From: the human T2T-CHM13v2.0 reference genome, Homo sapiens
Assembly: GCF_009914755.1 (NCBI RefSeq)
Contig: NC_060928.1
Length of the DNA stretch: 64,000 bases
Reading direction: 5' to 3' (one strand)
The notes below the pieces were generated by a model. It searched no databases and was not told the origin of the DNA. It saw only the letters and a list, made by a program, of their open reading frames with translations. The position numbers and the translations under genes were made by a program. Positions 1 to 14,049 of the stretch are shown one piece after another. Position 1 is the stretch's first letter; each line of letters opens with the position of its first letter.

Positions 1-1004
1 CTGCACCCTTGATCTTCCTTTCTTCTCTTTATATATATTCTCTATGAGTAACTACCTGATAAATATATATGTATGTGTAACTAGATCTGTCCCAAGCATC
101 TCACACATATCTCAAACCAAATTAATTGTATTTTTTCCATTTCCCATTTTAGTGAATGGCACCTTGAGCCTTACAGTTCCCTAATCCTTTCCATTCATTT
201 ATCAATTATTCCATCCATCCTTTAGGCATGAGGGGAAAAGACCCATTTATTTAGCACCTACTATATTCTAAGAACTGTGTACTACATACAGGGTCAAGTG
301 AAATATGGTTCCTGAACTTACCGAAATAGCAAATAAATAATGAGTGTGAAACTACTGTTGAATGCCATGAAACATCTGTGCATACAGGCGTATGGAACAT
401 ATTAAATAACATTTAAATCTGATTAAACATTAAGAAAAGTTTTAAATGAGAAGAGTTCTTTTCTCTTTTAAACGAGAAGAGGTTTGATGAAAATGTAGAA
501 ATTAGCTGCATGAAGGAAAAGGAGTGTTTTATCTAGTCAAAGGAAAAAAAAAAGTTTAGATATATGTCCATGAGCCAGGATATGTTAGAGACCCCAATTT
601 TATTCTAGAGGTTATCTGGATATCATGGTTATAACTCATTCTAAACCTTCCATTGTACCCTATGCTCACTGCCAGTTTTGTAAGATGGTCCCAGAGGTTT
701 TTGCTTACTCATTAACATTGAGAAGCATTAAGTGAGGTTCAATTTTCAAAGCAGTTACCTAAAAAGAAATAACGGTTCTCTTTCCCCTCCAGATGGCTAA
801 ATGTCTTTAGACTGTCTACAGCCTTGTGCTTTCGCTGGAGTGTTAAAAACACTCTGAATTGTAAAATAATTCTTTCTGAGCTATAACTTTTCAGGAGTCA
901 AAAGAGGACAATGAATGTCTTAGAACAGATAAAAATCTCTTTACAAAAGTGAACCAGGAATTTAAAATAAGATAAGTTGTAGAACTGTTAAAATTTGCAT
1001 TTCA

Positions 1005-1310
<306 letters not shown>

Positions 1311-1666
1311 TTGCATTTCATTTCACATTTCACTCTTGTCCACTTATTTATTCCCAAATGATTTATAATAGTAGCTGACTAATGCAGAAACAAATAATAA
1401 ATATCAGACACATTAACTGTATTATTATGAAGGATGATGGTTTAGTGTTACTCATGGTGACTGGAATTACTCTATATTATTTATCTCAAATAATTTATGT
1501 GTTCTCATCCATCCCATTAAATTCATCTCCTTTTCTTTGAAACTCACAGTTCATTGTTTTTCTCTCCTTAGAAGGTTCAGACGATTTAGAAGGTAAATTT
1601 ATTCTAATTATTCTAATTATGACAGTGAGAAATTGTTTAGGATGTATTTAAAAATAATTATTCAAG

Positions 1667-2621
1667 ATATTTCTCAAAAGAAGACATGCAAATTGGCAAC
1701 AGATAGATATATGAAAATTGCTCACCATCACTAATCATCACAATATGCAAATTAAAACCACAATGAGATAGAACTTCACACCTGTTAGGATGGCTATTAT
1801 CAAAAAGATAAAAGATAAGTGCTGGGGAGGGTGTAGAGAAAAGATAATCCTTACACACTGTTGATGGGAATGTAAATTAGTATAGCCATTTTGGAAAATA
1901 GTATGGAAGTTCCTCAAGAAACTAAAAAAAAAAAAAACTATCATATGATCCAGTAGTCCCACTTTTGGGTATATATCCAAAGGAAATAAAATTTGTATGT
2001 CAAGGATGTCTGCATTTCCATGTTCATGGCAGTATTATTCATAATAGTCAAGATATGGAAACAACTTCAGGGCCTATCCATAGATAAATGGATAAAGAAC
2101 ACCTGGTACATATCCACAATAGCACACTATTCAGCCTTAAAAAATAATGACATACTGTCATTTGCGATAACATGGATGAATCTAAAGGTTATCATGCTTA
2201 AGTGAAATAAGTCAGGCACAGAAACAAAAATATTCCATTATCTCACTTACATGTGGAATCTAAAAAACTCAAACTCATAGAACTAGAGAGTAGATGGTTT
2301 ACCAGAGGCTGAGAGTGCAGCTGGCAGTGATAGGGGGAGGATGAAATATTTGTCAAAGAGTACAGTCTCAATTAGGAGGAATAAGCTCTGGTGATCTATT
2401 ATACAGCAAGGTGACTGCAGTTAATAACGATGTATTGTATATTTAAAAATTGCTAAAAGAGTGGATTCTAATGTTCTTACCACAAATAAATGATAAGCAT
2501 GTGAGGTGATGGATATGTTAAGCAGCCTGATTTAATCATTCCACAATGAATATCAAAACATCACATTGTACCCCATAAGTATATATAATTATTATTTGTC
2601 AATTAAAAATTAAAAAAATTT
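1667..2621 (+). mobile_element. 5'-truncated L1MA-type LINE-1 (ORF2 C-terminus plus 3' UTR)
   Basis: TTCTCAAAAGAAGACAT...CATGGATGAA...3' UTR ending TTTGTCAATTAAAAA. Near-perfect TSD: AAAAATAATTATTCAAG (1650-1666) and AAAAATCATTATTCAAG (2622-2638). Confidence 0.9.
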
Positions 2622-3900
2622 AAAAATCATTATTCAAGTGAGCTTAGCTTAATTTAGGTAACTCGACCAAAGAACTATTTGATAGTCTATTATTCTAAAT
2701 AATATTTATGTCTCCAAATGCCACTTTACAAATGCTATGAGTTAGATTAAAACAAGGTACAGAAGATGTCAAAATGGAGAGGATTAATTGCCATATTTTG
2801 ATCAATCGATGACACTTGACTATAGGTATTTCAAAGGAGTCTAGGTAAATAATTTTCTTTATTTTATCTTCATAATTAGAAACAAATTGAATTAAAAGTA
2901 TGTATTCATTCTATTTTGCATTAGGTATTAAAATAGCTTACACAAATATTTTCGTATTAATTTAAATTACATTAAATTAAAATTTGTATTAATTTTGTTT
3001 TGTATTAAATATTTCATAGTAGCAGAAAATTATTTACAGCTTGAATCACTATTCATGGTTTTTTCTCCGTCTAAAATCTAAATAAGGTACTTTTTCTCAA
3101 TCTTCTAAGGTCATATTTTTTAAAACCTCAGTCCTAAAAGAATTGAAAGCAAAATAAAATTAAAACAATGACAATACACGTAGATTTTATACAACCTGTT
3201 ATACATAATATTACTAAAATATTATAAAGGTACTCCTGAAAAACGTACATAAATGTCAACTGAGATTTCCATATTTCATTTTTCTGTCATTTCTACTAAT
3301 AGCTTAAAATATTGTAAATTCAAATGGTTTGTTATATACACAATATAGTTATAAAGAATATTTTATGTTTTTCCTTTTTTAAAAGCATCAATATTTTCCT
3401 ATTTTTCTGATACATCATAAGGTATGAATGAAACATTTCTTATGATTCCAACTTTAGTGTGCAATAATGCTTTCTGATTTTTCCAGTGTATAAACTAATT
3501 TTTGCATTAAGAAAAACAAAATGAAATCTCAATATTCCTGTTTCTTTTTATTCATATATTATAACTACTTAATTTTGCCAATTAACAACAGTGCCTCAGT
3601 GAACTTTCATCGCTAAATAACATACTCATATAGTTTGAGCTTGTGGTCATAATACCTATAAAAATTATTGAAGCCCGTATGATTTCAAAATACACATAGC
3701 TGAACCTTAACCTGAGCAGGTACCTGGGATTTAATTGCTTTTGAATACAGCCAAGCTCTCGCCTTTCTCAGCAAATATTAAAATAAAAACATTCAGATTT
3801 ACCCCTGCTCTTAGATTGTCAAGGAAAACACTATAATTCCTGACCCTATTGCCTGTCTCCTGCCTTGAGAAGGGGTGCCCAACTCCACCAGACAGTTTCC

Positions 3901-6900
3901 ATCCCCATTCAACTCTCCCATTTGGCCTGTGCAGAAGACAGATGGATCTTGGAGAATGGCAGTGGATTATCATAAGCTTAACCAAGTGGTGACTTCAATT
4001 GCAGCCACTGTACAAGAGGTAGTTTCATTACATGAGCAACTGTTACCTGGTGTGCAGCCATTGACTTGGCAAATGCCTTTTTCTCCATTCCTGTCCACAA
4101 GGCCTGCCAGAAGCAATTTGCCTTCAGCGGGCAAGGCCAGCAATATACCTTTACTGTCATACCTCAGAGATATATCAGCTTTCCGGCTTTGTGTCATAAT
4201 CTTATCAGAGGGACATTGATTGCTTTTCGCTGCTGCAAGATATCACACTGGTCCATTATATTGATGACATTATGCTAATTGAATCCAGTGAGCAAGAAGT
4301 AGAAAACACACTGGATTTATTGGTGAGACATTTGCGTGCCAGAGCATGGGAAATAAATACCACTAAAATCCAGGGACCTTCTACCTCACTAAAATTTCCA
4401 GGGGTCCAGTGGTGTGGGGCCTGTCGAGATATTCGTTCTTAGGTGAAGGATAAGTTGATGTATTTGTCCCTTCCTACAACCAAGAAAGGAGCACAACACC
4501 TAGTGGGCCTATTTGGATTTTGGAGGCAACACATTCCAAATTTGGGTGTGTTACTCTGGCCCATTTTTTGAGTGACCCAAAAGGTTGCCAATTTTGAGTG
4601 GGTTCCAGAACAGAAGGCTCTGCAACAGGTCCAGGCTTCTGTGCAAGCTGCTCTGCCACTTGGGTCACATGACCCAGCAGATCCAATGGTGCTTGAGGTG
4701 TCAGTGGCAGATAGGGATGCTCTTTGGAGCCTTTAGCTGGCTCCCACGTCCCATAGGTGAATCACAGTGGAGGCCTCTAGGATTTTGGAACAAGTCCCTG
4801 CCATCTTCTGCAGATAACTACTCTCCTTTTTAGAGACAGCTCTTGGCCTGTTACTGGGATTTGGTGGAAGCTGAATGCTTGACTATGGGTCATCAAGTCA
4901 TCATGTGGCCTGAAGTGCCTATCATGAAATGGGTGCTTTCTGACCCATCTGCCCATAAAGTGGGTCATGCACTGCAGCATTCCATTATTGAATGTAAGTG
5001 GTGTATATGTGATCGGGCTCAAGCAGGTCCTGGAAGGCACAAATAAGAAGTGGTTCAAATGTCCATGGTCTCCATGCCTGCCACCCTGCCTTCCCTCACC
5101 CAGCCTACACCAATGGCCTCATGGGGGTGGGGGTCCCTATGATCAGTTGACAGAGAAAGAGAAGACTAAGGCCTGGTTCACAGATGGTGCTGCATGATAT
5201 GCTGGCACTAACTGAAAGTGAATAGCTGCAGCACTATAGCCCCTTTCCAGGACATCCCTGAAGGACAGCAGTGAAGGGAAATCTTCCCAGTGGGCAGAAC
5301 TCTGAGCAGCGCACCTGGTTGTGCACTTTGCCTGGAAGGAGAAATGGTCAGATGTGCGATTAGGTACTGATTCATGGGCTGCAGCCAGTGGTTTGGCTGG
5401 ATGGTCAGGGACTTGGAAGAAGCATGACTGGAAAACTGGCAACAAAAAAATTTGGGGAAGAAGTATGTGGATGCTCCTCTCTGAGTGGTCAAAAACTGAA
5501 GCTATTTGTATCCCATGTGAGTGCTCACCAACGGGTGACCTCAGGAGAGGAGGAGTTTAATAATCAAGTGGATAGGATGACCCGTTCTGTGGACACCACT
5601 CAGCCTCTTTCCCCAACCATCCTGTCATCGCCCAATGGGCCCATGAACAAAGTGGCCATGGTGACAGGGATGGACGTTACTCATGGGCTCAGCAACATGG
5701 ACTTCCCCTCACCAAGGCTGACCTGGCTATGGCCACTGCTGAGTGCTCAGTTTGCCAGTGGCAGAGACCAACACTGAGCCCTCAATATGGCACCATTCCT
5801 CGGAGTGATCAGCCAGTTACCTGGTGGCAGGTTGATTATATTGCACCTCTTCCATCATGGAAAGGGCAGAGGTTTGTCCTCACTGGAATAGACACTCCAG
5901 ATAAGGGTTTTCCTATCTCACAAGCAATGCTTCTGCTAAGACTACCATCCGGGGACTCATGAAATGCCTTGTCCACCGTCATGGTATTCCACACAGCATT
6001 GCCTCTGACCAAAGCACTACTTTACAGCTAAAGAAGTGTGGCAGTGGGCTCATGCTCATGGAATTCACTGGTCTTACCATGTTCCCCATCATTCTGAAGC
6101 AGCTGGATTGATAGAATTGTGGAATGGCCTTTTAAGTCACAATGACAATGCCAACTAGGTGACAATACTTTACAGGGCTGGGGCAGTGTTCTCCAGAAAG
6201 CCACATATGCTCTGAATCAGTATCCAATATATGGTACTATTTCTCCAATAGCCAGGATTCACGGGTACAGGAATCAAGGGGAGGAAGTGGAAGTGGTACC
6301 ACTCACCATCACCTCTAGTGATCCACGAGCAAAAGTTTTGCTTCCTGTTCCCATGACATTATGTTCTGCTGGCCTAGAGGTCTTAGTTCCAGAGGGAGGA
6401 ATGCTGCCACCAGGAGACACAACAATGATTCAATTAAACTGGAAGTAAAGATTGCCACCTGGACACTTTGGGATCCTCTTACCATTAAGTCAACAGGCTA
6501 ATGAAGGAGTTACAGTGTGGGCTGGGGCGATTGACTCAAACTATCAAGATGAAATCAGTCTACTATTCCACAATGGAGGTAAGGAAGAGTGCACATGGAA
6601 TACAGGAGATCCATTAGGGCATCTATTAGTATTACCATGCCCTGTGATTAAGGTCAATGGGAAACTGCAACAGCCCGATCCAGGCAGGACTACAAATGAC
6701 CCAGACCCTTCAGGAATGAAGGTTTGGTTCACTCTACCAGGAAAAAAGAATGACCTGCTGAGGTGCTTGCTGATGGCAAAGGAATACAGAATGAGTAGTA
6801 GAAGAAGGTAGCCATCAATACCAGCTATGACCACGTGACCAGCTGCAGAAATGAGGACTGTAATTGTCATGATTATTTCTTCCTTCTTTTGTTAAAAACA

Positions 6901-7170
6901 TGTTTGTGCATGTATATACTTGTACTAAGAAAATATCTTAATTTTGTTTCCCTTTATCTTATGAAATAAGATTTATTGACTTCACATCTGCCTTTAAGTA
7001 CTTAATAACTTTATGTAATAGTATTTGATTTGGGGATTGGTGAGTTTCCGATTGTATGAAGGATAGTTGTATTATGTTAGGTGTAGTTATGACCTTATTA
7101 TTGTCTTTATTTGAAGATTATGTATGATCTCAGGAGATATGTATGGGTTCAAGCTTACAAGGGGTAGACT
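3901..7170 (+). mobile_element. HERV-L internal region, 5'-truncated: decayed pol (RT, RNase H, integrase) plus dUTPase
   Basis: RT: [27 protein letters not shown] and VHYIDDIML (YIDD at 4257-4268). RNase H: AWFTDG. Integrase: HEQSGH..CSVC zinc finger, WQVDYI, SIASDQ, GLIE. The dUTPase lies after integrase, as is typical of ERV-L. Many frameshifts and stops. PPT-like AAGGGGTAGACT precedes the LTR. Confidence 0.95.
6401..6811 (+). pseudogene. HERV-L dUTPase remnant
   Basis: ORF PPGHFGILLP...AGAIDSNYQDEISLL resembles dUTPase motifs II/III. An in-frame TAA (..AACTGGAAGTAA) sits just upstream. Confidence 0.8.
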
Positions 7171-7611
7171 TGTGATGGTTAATACTGAGTGTCAACTTGA
7201 TTGGATTGAAGGATACAAAGTGTTGATTCTGGGTGTGTCTGTGAAGGTGTTGCCAAAGGAGATTAACATTTGAGTCAGTGGGCTGAGGAAGGCAGACCTT
7301 AATCAGGTGAGCACTATCTAATCAGCCACCAATGAATATAAAGCAGGCAGAAAAATGTGAAGTGATGAGACAGGCCTAGTCTGCCAGCCTACATCTTTCT
7401 CCCGTGCTGGATGCTTCCTGCCCTGGAACATCGAATTCCACGTTCTTCAGTTTTTGGACTCAGACTGGCCCTCCTTGCTCCTCAGCTTGCAGATAGCTTA
7501 TTGTGGGACCTTGTGATCATGTAAGTTAATACTTAATAAACTTATATATACACACACACACACCACATATGCTATTACTTCTGTCCCTCTAAGAGAACCT
7601 TGACTAATGCA
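7171..7611 (+). mobile_element. MLT2A (HERV-L) 3' LTR
   Basis: Starts TGTGATGGTTAATACTGAGTGTCAACTTGATTGGATTG and ends AGAACCTTGACTAATGCA. Has a TATA-like AATATAAA (~7335), AATAAA (7535) and an internal TA/CA microsatellite. Confidence 0.93.
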
Positions 7612-7649
7612 TTTCCTAAAAAGAAGGATGACAATGATTTGGTTATGGT

Positions 7650-7815
7650 TATGTGTTGTGCATTGCTCTAAATGATTTGTGTGTGTTAATTCATTTAGTG
7701 TTCACCCTGTGTGTCTGTTACTATATTCATATTTTACAGATGAGTAGAGTAGACTGAGTCAGAAACCTAGGAAATAGGTTCAGGCCTTGGCAGGGCCAGA
7801 ATTTAAAGATCTTTT
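7650..7815 (-). mobile_element. MIR fragment
   Basis: ATTTTACAGATGAG core and flanks match the reverse MIR consensus; highly diverged. Confidence 0.6.
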
Positions 7816-9253
7816 TAGCAAATAATCAAATAATGGGCAGCAAAAGGACCAGATAGGTGGGAAAAAAATTGGAACCAGAGGTTGCCGAACCACCTAATAA
7901 TATGAAAGAGAAAGAAAGAAAATGGAGAGAATGTATTCTGGCCAAAAAGGGTAAAAGAGAAGGGGCAAAATTCCCAGGCTATGGGGAGACAGGAGATGTT
8001 TGCAGATTGGGTGAGGGGAATGGAAGTGTCTGATGGCAACAAAAAGACTTCAGAAAATGTGGAGTTGAAAATATAAGATTTTTTTCGAAAGGATGTTAGA
8101 GAAATGTGCTCTGAAGTTGAAGTGTATATTCCTCTTTATATAACTTGAAACCCAAATAAATAATTACAATTGCCTAAAATATTTTAACATGTTTGGACAC
8201 TGCTCTTTACCCACACATATACCTTTCTGCATCCAGTATGTTTTAGCTGTAATAGGCTTGCGTTTGCATTTATGCTTTGGAACTTACTGGATAAAGAAAA
8301 ATTATACATTTGCATGGGGTGAAGAAGCTTGCTATTCAAAAAAGAAATCTCTTATTTCTTTCTCCTTTGCCTCTCCCACCAGAAAGTTTGTATTGAAAGA
8401 CATTGAAAAGAAAAAAAGGAAAAGAGGAGGAAAAGGAAGGGGAGATGGAGGAGGAGCAGGAGAAAAGGAGGGAGGAAATAATAGACTGAGTTGGCTCCGC
8501 TAAGGCCAGAATGTCATTTATGACAACGGGAAGCTGATGAGAAGGTTGATTATTCATGTGTGGAGAAACTAGACAGGTGACATTTGTAATCAGGACCAAA
8601 CCTAGTAAGGCAGAGTGCTTTGATTTCCTATATTCTAAAGGAACTGACAGGAGAACTCCTTCCAAACCAGCCACAGGTGACAGGTAATAAAGAACTGGCT
8701 AATTGGGTTCATTCGATGTGCCGTGCCACCAGGGCTCAGTCAGGCTGGAGCTGGTCATAGCATAACAGGCTGGAGTGTCTGCCTCTTACTGTGAATTACC
8801 TTCCTGCCTTGTGGAAATGTGGAGGTCAGAGCCAACAGCAATAGCAATGGTGACAAGTAAGGCACAGAAGAGAATAGAGATGGGCCAGTAACAGCAAGGC
8901 TGGACATTTGGAATGAGTGTCAGCTCCAGACTTCCAGCTTCTGCAGCAGAAGCTAAAGTATCAGTAGGGGGCTCATCCCAGAGTATCAAGTCTTGGGGCT
9001 GGCCAGACCATGGGAGAATAAGAAAGACATATTTCACTCTACATTTTTAATTTGGAGGGTAGAGAGGGAATTCAAGCTTTGTGGACAAGCCAGTGATGTC
9101 TGCTTTCAATTGATTGTAGTAAGTATGGACATATCTCCTTCTTACAACATAAGAATGGCAGAGTTATTTGTCTTAGGAAAATTAGGAAAAATTAGGAACA
9201 TCACTATACCAACTGTGGCTATATTCAATTTCAAAATTCCTTGTCATAACTAA

Positions 9254-9651
<398 letters not shown>

Positions 9652-11664
9652 TAATTCTCTGTAGAATCAGTTTTGTCCTAGGAAAAATGTGCATAGTTAT
9701 TGTGGGGTTTTATTGAGTTAGAATTTGCTAGTAGATTAGTCAGCGAGTTTCTTCAGAAAGCTGCTCAACTACAGAGGTTTCTAACTTGCCCTTTAGAGAA
9801 TATCATGTTTTTCAATAAATACCATTACATTTCTTTTTTGAAGCCCAAAACATGATTTGGGTATAAATTATATACAAAATCATTTGACGATATATGTCAA
9901 TAGATTGCCTATATTTACAGACTCCCTTCTCCTTTTGTTTTTTTTTTTCCTGGAGTCTTCACATTGTAGTCTAAGTTGTGGAGATTATTGAAAGTAATAG
10001 AAGGACCAAAGATAGCATGGAACAATAAAGAGTAGTTCAAAAAAGAAAACACATAGGATGAGATTAGTCTATTAAATAATCTGAAGGAAATCTTGATTGC
10101 CTGATATTCAGATAATCTCAAAGCACTTATTATGTAACATTGTGATCAACTTTTTCAACTTCGTCAGTGTTGTTTTCGGTATTAATATTTAATATGCTAT
10201 TACCTATGTATACATAAATTATACTTCTTTCCTATCTCAAGGCATTATTTCTGTATTCCGCCTCTAACATTCTGCTCCAGCCTCACTACTTGTCTCTTTC
10301 CTTCAAATATGATAACTAGGAGCCAGCGTGGGCTCCTTATTTGGACACACAGTGGGCAACTCTTCACCTATGTGTGTGTAGTTCCTTTGTCTAGAAAGCC
10401 TTGTCACCATCACCACCAAGTCTGCTGAATAAACTTATTTTATTCTTTTAAACTTAGATAGTTCCTAATCTGTGATTCCTTTCCTTACCTCTGGCTCCAC
10501 CTGATAAAACAGTTAATCCTCTACCCTTTCCTGTCTAAGTGCTTTCCATCACCATATTGCATGTATCCCATCATCTTGCATTTATTTCTTACACATTTGT
10601 CTTTCTTACCCTAAAATAGTAGTTCAACTTGTATCTATACTCTCCTGTTTATTATCCAGCATCAACGTTGCTGAACTAAAATAAAGAATATCATAAGGAA
10701 ATATATAGTTCTTTAAAGATGGATAGAAAATAAGCCTTCTTAAATTATCAAGAGATAGGTAGTGCTATGTGAGCTGTCTGAAAGCATGGGCTTCTGCCTG
10801 CATGTCCCTTGTTCCTCCTGCCCACACAAGGCTGCAGAGAAGAGAAAGGAGACCAGATGACAGGGGGCCCGGCTCCTAGTCTTCCATTTATTCATTGTTT
10901 TAATAATTTTCTCTCTGGGATGCATAAATTCTCATAAGTCTTCATTATCTGAGAGTTTCACTGATGTACTCCCCACTTTGTCAATCAGATCAGTTGTGAA
11001 GCTACAAGAATTATTCATTTACAATTTAGAAATGATATTATAGAGCCACACTTGACTTGAGCTGACATTGTAACACAGAATTACCCATTGCTCATTCTGC
11101 AGCCCATCTGTCATCCTACCCAATAACAAACTACAATCTTCTAGTTTCCTTTGAAAATGTCATGTTGATCGTCATCAGATTAGACTTTATATTTTTGTAG
11201 GTAGTGACTGTTTTTCATAAAGAACATGTTGACCTCTTAAAAATTTTTGAAAAGAGCTTTAGAAGTGATATTGAGATCTTTTTTTAAAAAATTCTGCTTT
11301 GCCTCTCATTCTACAAGCATGGCTTATTTCATTTATTATCAAGACAATCTCTTCTTATACAGTGGGAAAAATTGCCAGTGTTTCCTAATCTCATTAAATA
11401 TCAGGGACAATCATCATGGCTATTTTTGTCGTCTTCATTATTACTCACTACACATATATATAATTATTAATCAACATTAGCTGAAGAAAATGGAATTTAG
11501 CATGATTCACATAATATGATATTGTGAGTAATTTAAATATTATTTCTGCAGTCTAACACATTCAGAAGACACACAAACACTCTCATATTTATTCATACCA
11601 TTTCTTCTGCCCCAGATTCTTGACTGACTTCACCTTACCTAAGCTTAATGAAAGCAAATTGCAA

Positions 11665-11723
11665 GTGATGATGATGATGATGATGTTGATGATGACGATG
11701 ATGATGTTGATGATGACGATGAT
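11665..11723. repeat. Interrupted (GAT)n microsatellite
   Basis: GAT run with GTT and GAC interruptions repeating at an 18-bp period. Confidence 0.9.
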
Positions 11724-12029
11724 AAGGAAGCAAAAGAAGGAAGAGGGCAAAGAGCTACCATTGCATAACACTTCGTCTTTTACAAACTAAATTCACATAC
11801 AGTTTTCACATAGTCTCACAACTCAAGAGGTAGTTATTATTCTTCTTGCTTCTCAGTTAAAACATCATTTCACCTTTCAGAACACTAAGTGCTACATATG
11901 TAATTTGAATCTAGGTGGCTGTTATTGTTTGAGTTTTTTCCTCCAAACTCCATGTCTCTTATAATCTCAGAGTTTAAAAATATATTACTGTATCATGCCA
12001 TATCAGATATATACTTACTTGCAATTCTT

Positions 12030-12350
12030 GGGGCAATTAACCCCTAAATACTTCAGCATGCATCTCCTAAGAATAAGGGCATTCTCCTCCATTGTAAAAT
12101 TCTATGCATCACTTCAGGAAATTTAACACAAATATAATACTACTACCTAACACATAGTCTAAACTAAAATATCCCTGATTACTCAAGTAATATTCCTTAT
12201 AGCTTCATTTTCTAAAATCTAGGCTCAAACAAGAACTGCACATTTTCTAAACGTATGATGTCTCTTTAGTACCCATTAATTCAGAACCATTCTTCAGCCA
12301 TGTTTGATTTTCATGACACTGTCATGTTTTAAGATTGCAAGCCAGCTAAC
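12030..12350 (-). mobile_element. Old L1MC-type 3' fragment
   Basis: CCCCTAAATACTTCAGCATGCATCTCCTAAGAATAAGGGCATTCTC resembles the reverse L1MC4/5 3' UTR (from recall). Confidence 0.55.
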
Positions 12351-13425
12351 CTATTACATAACTTTAATTTAAACTTTCCTTATTTTCTCTGATGTTCAAT
12401 ATCAGTTTTAATTACAGTAAGAAAGTAAAGATGGATCTCAGGCTCTCCATATTCCACCCAAGAAAATTGTTTTAAAAAGTTGGGGGAGCGGGGGCAGTGA
12501 AAGTGTAATATCACACAATAAACTTCAAAAATGACATCTAAGAAAATGCTTCCAGTGTGCAAGATTTGCCTCTTACTCTACACCATCCTCTGAAACATAT
12601 ATTTAAAAGTCAAAGTGTCCTGTGAATTTTTAATACTATCCTCAATTGGAAAAGAAAAAGACTGAGAATTATTAATACAGTCTAGAAAAAATTATTTTAA
12701 AAACAGTTGAGTTAGCCTATTTTTTAGATGCTTGACTATAACTAGCAGAATAAATGAAAGAAAATCAGTTAGACTGTAAGTAGAGAAAATAGAGATTGTT
12801 GCTTTTCATCTTAAGCCCTGTTTATAATTTAATTTTTAAAATTATAAACATATATATTTAGAAAAAAATTTAAAAATAATAATTTAAAAAATGTCTGCTT
12901 ATTAAGGACTTTTGAGACACAAAAGGAATTACAATTTGTAACCAATAACAGCATCTATAAACTCATGACTGTAATTCTCTACAATCCCATTGTTTCTGAA
13001 AACTTTTTCTCATTACGACCTACCTTCAACACAATTTTTCAAACACCTATTGTTTGAAACATCTTTTCTTTACTAAAGGGATTTTTACCTAATTGAATCC
13101 CTTTTTTTTCTACCAATAAACTTTTCTTATTGCCAAATGACTTAAATGTTTAGTTTTCCTTTCTAATGAGTCCTGTTCTTTTCTGCCCAATGTTGAATCT
13201 GGAACTTCTATGAAGGAAGGATGTGAGAGTAACAATAATATTAGGTTGGGGATTGCAGCGGCAATGGATACTGGGAAGCTAAATCTGCAGCCATTCCCCA
13301 CTGCCTGGCCACTATCACTCTTCTCCAGCCCGCAGTGGGACCTGCCTCTGTTCAATCTGTGTCACAAGAGACTAGCAACTCATCTCATTGAAACAGTTAA
13401 TTTGAGAGACGGGCATCTCTAAGCC

Positions 13426-13695
13426 TATATATATATATATTTATATATTATATATCTATCCCATGTATCTGATATTATATAATATATGAAATATATGAAA
13501 TATATGAAATATCATATATATGAAATATATGAAATATCATATATATGAAATATCATATATATGAAATATATGAAATATCATATATATGAAATATATGAAA
13601 TATATGATATATATGAAATATATGATATATCATATATGAAATATATATGAAATATATATCATGTATATGTGAAATATATATATCATATATATTTA
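13426..13695. repeat. AT-rich minisatellite (ATATATGAA / ATATCAT units)
   Basis: About 270 bp of near-pure A/T, with repeated 9-bp ATATATGAA and 7-bp ATATCAT units. Confidence 0.92.
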
Positions 13696-14049
13696 TTTTT
13701 TAACAACACAAGCACTAACTGTCAACTGTCATATAATCTCTAATAGATGAAGCTCAGGGTGCTCTAAGAACTCAGCCAGTGGGCCTAAGCTAGAAAGCAG
13801 AGACGTCTTTCTAGCTTAGGCCCACTTAGTTCTAGTTCCCTTTCAGCTAAACTGTTAAGGATGTGCAGGAATTAGCTAGGAATGCAGACATAAAAATCCA
13901 TTCTAGGAAGAGAATTTGGGAAACAATAGGGAACTTATCTAGGCCACAGAAAAAGAGAAGGAATTTGGTAGGAATAATGAGTATAGTAGGAGTAATAAGT
14001 AAGATGTGAGAGGGTGCTAGAGACATGAAAAGCCATCAGATCCTAAAGA

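Noticed and set aside
3875-6811. HERV-L pol/dUTPase ORF fragments as functional or domesticated genes
   Set aside because: The reading frame is broken into pieces of 129 aa or less by stops, frameshifts and small deletions. The dUTPase has an upstream in-frame stop and altered motif III.
11589-11771. Poly-Ile hydrophobic ORF, or poly-Asp on the other strand
   Set aside because: A product of the (GAT)n microsatellite.
13426-13695. CRISPR-like or other repeat-spacer array
   Set aside because: The units are contiguous with no unique spacers, and the context is eukaryotic. No prokaryotic features occur in the window.
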